Below are positions 62,161 through 64,000 of a stretch of 64,000 bases of DNA, one piece after another. The translations under genes and the position numbers were made by a program. Under the pieces are notes generated by a model that was given only the letters and a program-made list of their open reading frames with translations, had not been told where the DNA came from and ran no database searches. The stretch covers positions 145,155 to 209,154 of the forward strand of contig JAJDDJ010000002.1 of assembly GCA_029260395.1 (NCBI GenBank), in the 5' to 3' direction. This DNA comes from Phycisphaerales bacterium. GTDB taxonomy: Bacteria > Planctomycetota > Phycisphaerae > Phycisphaerales > UBA1924. The first letter of the stretch is position 1, and the number at the start of each line of letters is the position of its first letter.

Positions 62161-63300
62161 ATGACCGCGACCCTGATCCAGAGCCCGTTGCACGAGTTGC
62201 ACACCCAGCACGGCGGCCAGATGGTGGACTTTGCGGGGTGGGAGATGCCGCTGCGGTACGGCAGCATCATCGATGAACACAACGCGGTGCGCACGCGCGG
62301 TGGCGTGTTCGATGTTTCACACATGGGGCGGGTGGCGATCAAGGGTCGGCATGCCCGGCGGCTTTTGGAGATCGCGTGCAGCCGCAAGATCTACGACATG
62401 GAGGAGGGCCAGTGCCGGTACAGCCTGATGTGCAACGAGCGGGGCGGAGTGAAGGACGACGTGCTGGTGTACCGGCACGACTCGGACGACTTTTTGGTCG
62501 TGGTGAACGCATCGAACCGGGTGAAGATTCTTGAGCATCTGGCAGCGCTGGTGGCGGAGCGCGATCTGACATGCGCGATTGACGACCAGACGCTTTCGAC
62601 CGCGATGATCGCGGTGCAAGGCCCCAAGGTGATGGACTTCATCTCGGGGTTTTCGAGCGAGATTCCGGCGCTCAAGCGGTACCGCTTTACGACCAAGAAC
62701 CTGATGGTGATGAAGGTGCTGGTATCGCGGACGGGGTACACGGGCGAGAACGGGGTCGAGGCGATTCTGCCGGCCAAGGCGGTTGGGATGGCGATGAAGC
62801 TGATCCTCAAGGACGTGGACCTCGATGCAGCCGACGCTCCGGTGAAGCTGGCAGGACTGGGCGCTCGCGACTCGCTGAGGCTTGAAGCGGGCATGCCGCT
62901 GTATGGCCATGAGTTGGGCGAAGACATCAACGCGCTGGCGAGCGGTTTGGGCTTCGCGATCAGCCTCGATAAGATGGACGACGATCGCGGCGAGGCGTTC
63001 GTGGGCATGGAGGCGCTGCGGGCGACGCGCGATGCGGGCGGGCCAGAGCGTGTGCTCGTTGGGCTGAAGCTCGAAGGCAAGCGTGTGGCTCGAGGCGGCG
63101 CGGTCGTGCAGGCTTCGGGTGCGGACGTTGGCGAGGTAACGAGCGGTTGTTTGAGCCCCACGCTGGGCTACCCGATCGCGATGGCGTACGTGGACCGTGC
63201 GCAGTGCGAGATCGGGAACGGGCTCGTGGTTTCCACGGGCCGGGCGGAGATCAAGTCGGAGGTCGTGGCGATGCCGTTCTACAAGGCACCCAAGGCTTAG
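62161..63300 (+). CDS. gcvT: glycine cleavage system aminomethyltransferase (T protein)
   Basis: SPLHELHTQHGGQMVDFAGWEMPLRYGSIIDEHNAVRTRGGVFDVSHMG and RTGYTGENGVE. Confidence 0.95.
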   Translation: MTATLIQSPLHELHTQHGGQMVDFAGWEMPLRYGSIIDEHNAVRTRGGVFDVSHMGRVAIKGRHARRLLEIACSRKIYDMEEGQCRYSLMCNERGGVKDDVLVYRHDSDDFLVVVNASNRVKILEHLAALVAERDLTCAIDDQTLSTAMIAVQGPKVMDFISGFSSEIPALKRYRFTTKNLMVMKVLVSRTGYTGENGVEAILPAKAVGMAMKLILKDVDLDAADAPVKLAGLGARDSLRLEAGMPLYGHELGEDINALASGLGFAISLDKMDDDRGEAFVGMEALRATRDAGGPERVLVGLKLEGKRVARGGAVVQASGADVGEVTSGCLSPTLGYPIAMAYVDRAQCEIGNGLVVSTGRAEIKSEVVAMPFYKAPKA

Positions 63301-63308
63301 GGCTTGGC

Positions 63309-63710
63309 TCAGCCGATGCGGGTGCGTTGGGGCTCGGCGAAGTTGAGTTCGAGGTAGCAGGCGATGTAGTCGACGATGGAGCTGGCCTGGGGGATGTCCG
63401 GGTTGCTGGTGGGTCCCATCGGTTCGAACCGCATGCCCTTGAAGCGGGCGACGGCGTCCTCGATGCTCAGGCCGTGCTGCATGGCGAGTGAGAACGCTCG
63501 GCAGAATGCCTGACAAAAGCCGGACAATGCCGAGCCTTCCTTGGCGACCTTGAGAAAGATTTCGCCCGGGGTGCCGTCGGGGTAGAGCCCGATGGTGAGG
63601 TATCCCTCGTGGCGATCCACGGTGAATTTGTGGGTGAGCGAGTTGCGGGTGCTGGGCAAGGCCTTGCGGCTGGCGATCATGGGGGCTTCCTCTGGCCTGG
63701 GCTCGTGCAT
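63309..63710 (-). CDS. stand-alone ribonucleotide-reductase C-terminal (TSCPD-like) domain protein
   Basis: LTHKFTVDRHEGYLTIGLYPDGTPGEIFLKVAKEGSALSGF...SLAMQHGLSIEDAVARFKGMRFEP closely parallels the C-terminal domain of class II (B12-dependent) RNR. ATG 63710. Confidence 0.7.
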   Translation of the reverse strand: MHEPRPEEAPMIASRKALPSTRNSLTHKFTVDRHEGYLTIGLYPDGTPGEIFLKVAKEGSALSGFCQAFCRAFSLAMQHGLSIEDAVARFKGMRFEPMGPTSNPDIPQASSIVDYIACYLELNFAEPQRTRIG

Positions 63711-63862
63711 GTGCGGCGAGTGTACGCGGATTCGCGGCGCACAATGGCTATCGGACAGTCGGGGGTCAGCGGTCCACAAGGTGGACATAGGCCAGAGGCG
63801 CGGGTCTGGCGGGTGAGCAATCCACCGGGAATGTTTGCTTGCGGCCCGCAAGAGGCCGATAC

Positions 63863-64000
63863 TTAGGGCGTGACCCGCGATTGTGCACGCCAACCGGTTC
63901 GGACCGACAGCCCGCTGGGCTTGCAACTGGGCTGGGTGGTGCTGATGGCGACGCTGTGCTCGGCTTCGCTGGCATCGGCTTCGACGCCGATGGCTCGGGG
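63863..64000 (-). CDS. 3' end of a gene truncated by the right window edge (...AIGVEADASEAEHSVAISTTQPSCKPSGLSVRTGWRAQSRVTP*)
   Basis: A GC3-rich frame is open from the window edge to TAA at 63863-63865. Too short to be in the ORF track. Confidence 0.3.
   Translation of the reverse strand, partial: PRAIGVEADASEAEHSVAISTTQPSCKPSGLSVRTGWRAQSRVTP

Noticed and set aside
63711-63862. Cobalamin riboswitch upstream of the RNR-domain gene
   Set aside because: Only vague resemblances (CCCGGTGGATTGC, GCCAGACCCGC). There is no convincing B12 box (AGYCMGGAGACCKGCC-like) or GGGAA..GGTG core, and the 152-nt spacer is short for this riboswitch class.

Overview
High-GC (about two-thirds G+C by eye) bacterial chromosomal segment with about 65 densely packed protein-coding genes. 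I recognised no rRNA, tRNA, CRISPR array, transposase or prophage genes. The gene content (a Planctomycete-cytochrome-C-type domain, Cys-bounded dockerin-like modules, a PEP-CTERM protein) suggests Planctomycetota, possibly Phycisphaerae; this is inference only.

Layout:
- 1-15 kb: a plus-strand flagellar hook/stator/export cluster, flgE-flbD-motAB-fliL-fliN-fliOPQR-flhBAFG-(small TM gene)-fliA, ending in a textbook intrinsic terminator.
- 15-22 kb: folK, a Xer-type recombinase, a TolB-like propeller plus lipoprotein, and an orphan nuoC.
- 22-27 kb: kdsD-kdsC followed by a 1001-aa membrane-anchored protein that I interpret as a giant LptC/LptA-like protein.
- 27-38 kb: scpA, a PEP-CTERM protein, an aminotransferase, rpsO-pnp, csp plus a histidine kinase, a DUF4097-like protein, kynA and queG.
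- 38-48 kb: a minus-strand branched-chain 2-oxoacid dehydrogenase / acyl-CoA dehydrogenase / three crotonases / HMG-CoA lyase catabolic cluster. An unexpected 86-aa gene is wedged between E1 alpha and E1 beta.
- 48-54 kb: an accessory-looking block with an ECF sigma pair, an FG-GAP propeller with two dockerin-like modules, a methyltransferase, a heptad-repeat lipoprotein and a PSCyt-domain membrane protein.
- 54-64 kb: def, a TPR protein, kdsB, pyrG, a glycosyltransferase, panC, gcvT and a stand-alone RNR C-terminal (TSCPD-like) domain.

The most unusual signal is in the 800-bp non-coding gap at 50568-51367. It holds 13 exactly phased 21-nt units (50666-50938). The first seven are CC...GG stem-loops spaced exactly 21 nt apart, with two arm-to-arm compensatory changes. 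Three copies of a 20-nt GGGC-loop-GCCC-RTSCCAC hairpin motif follow. I cannot assign this to any described element class. Many long ORFs in the supplied track are antisense shadows of real genes, as expected at high GC, and were rejected.
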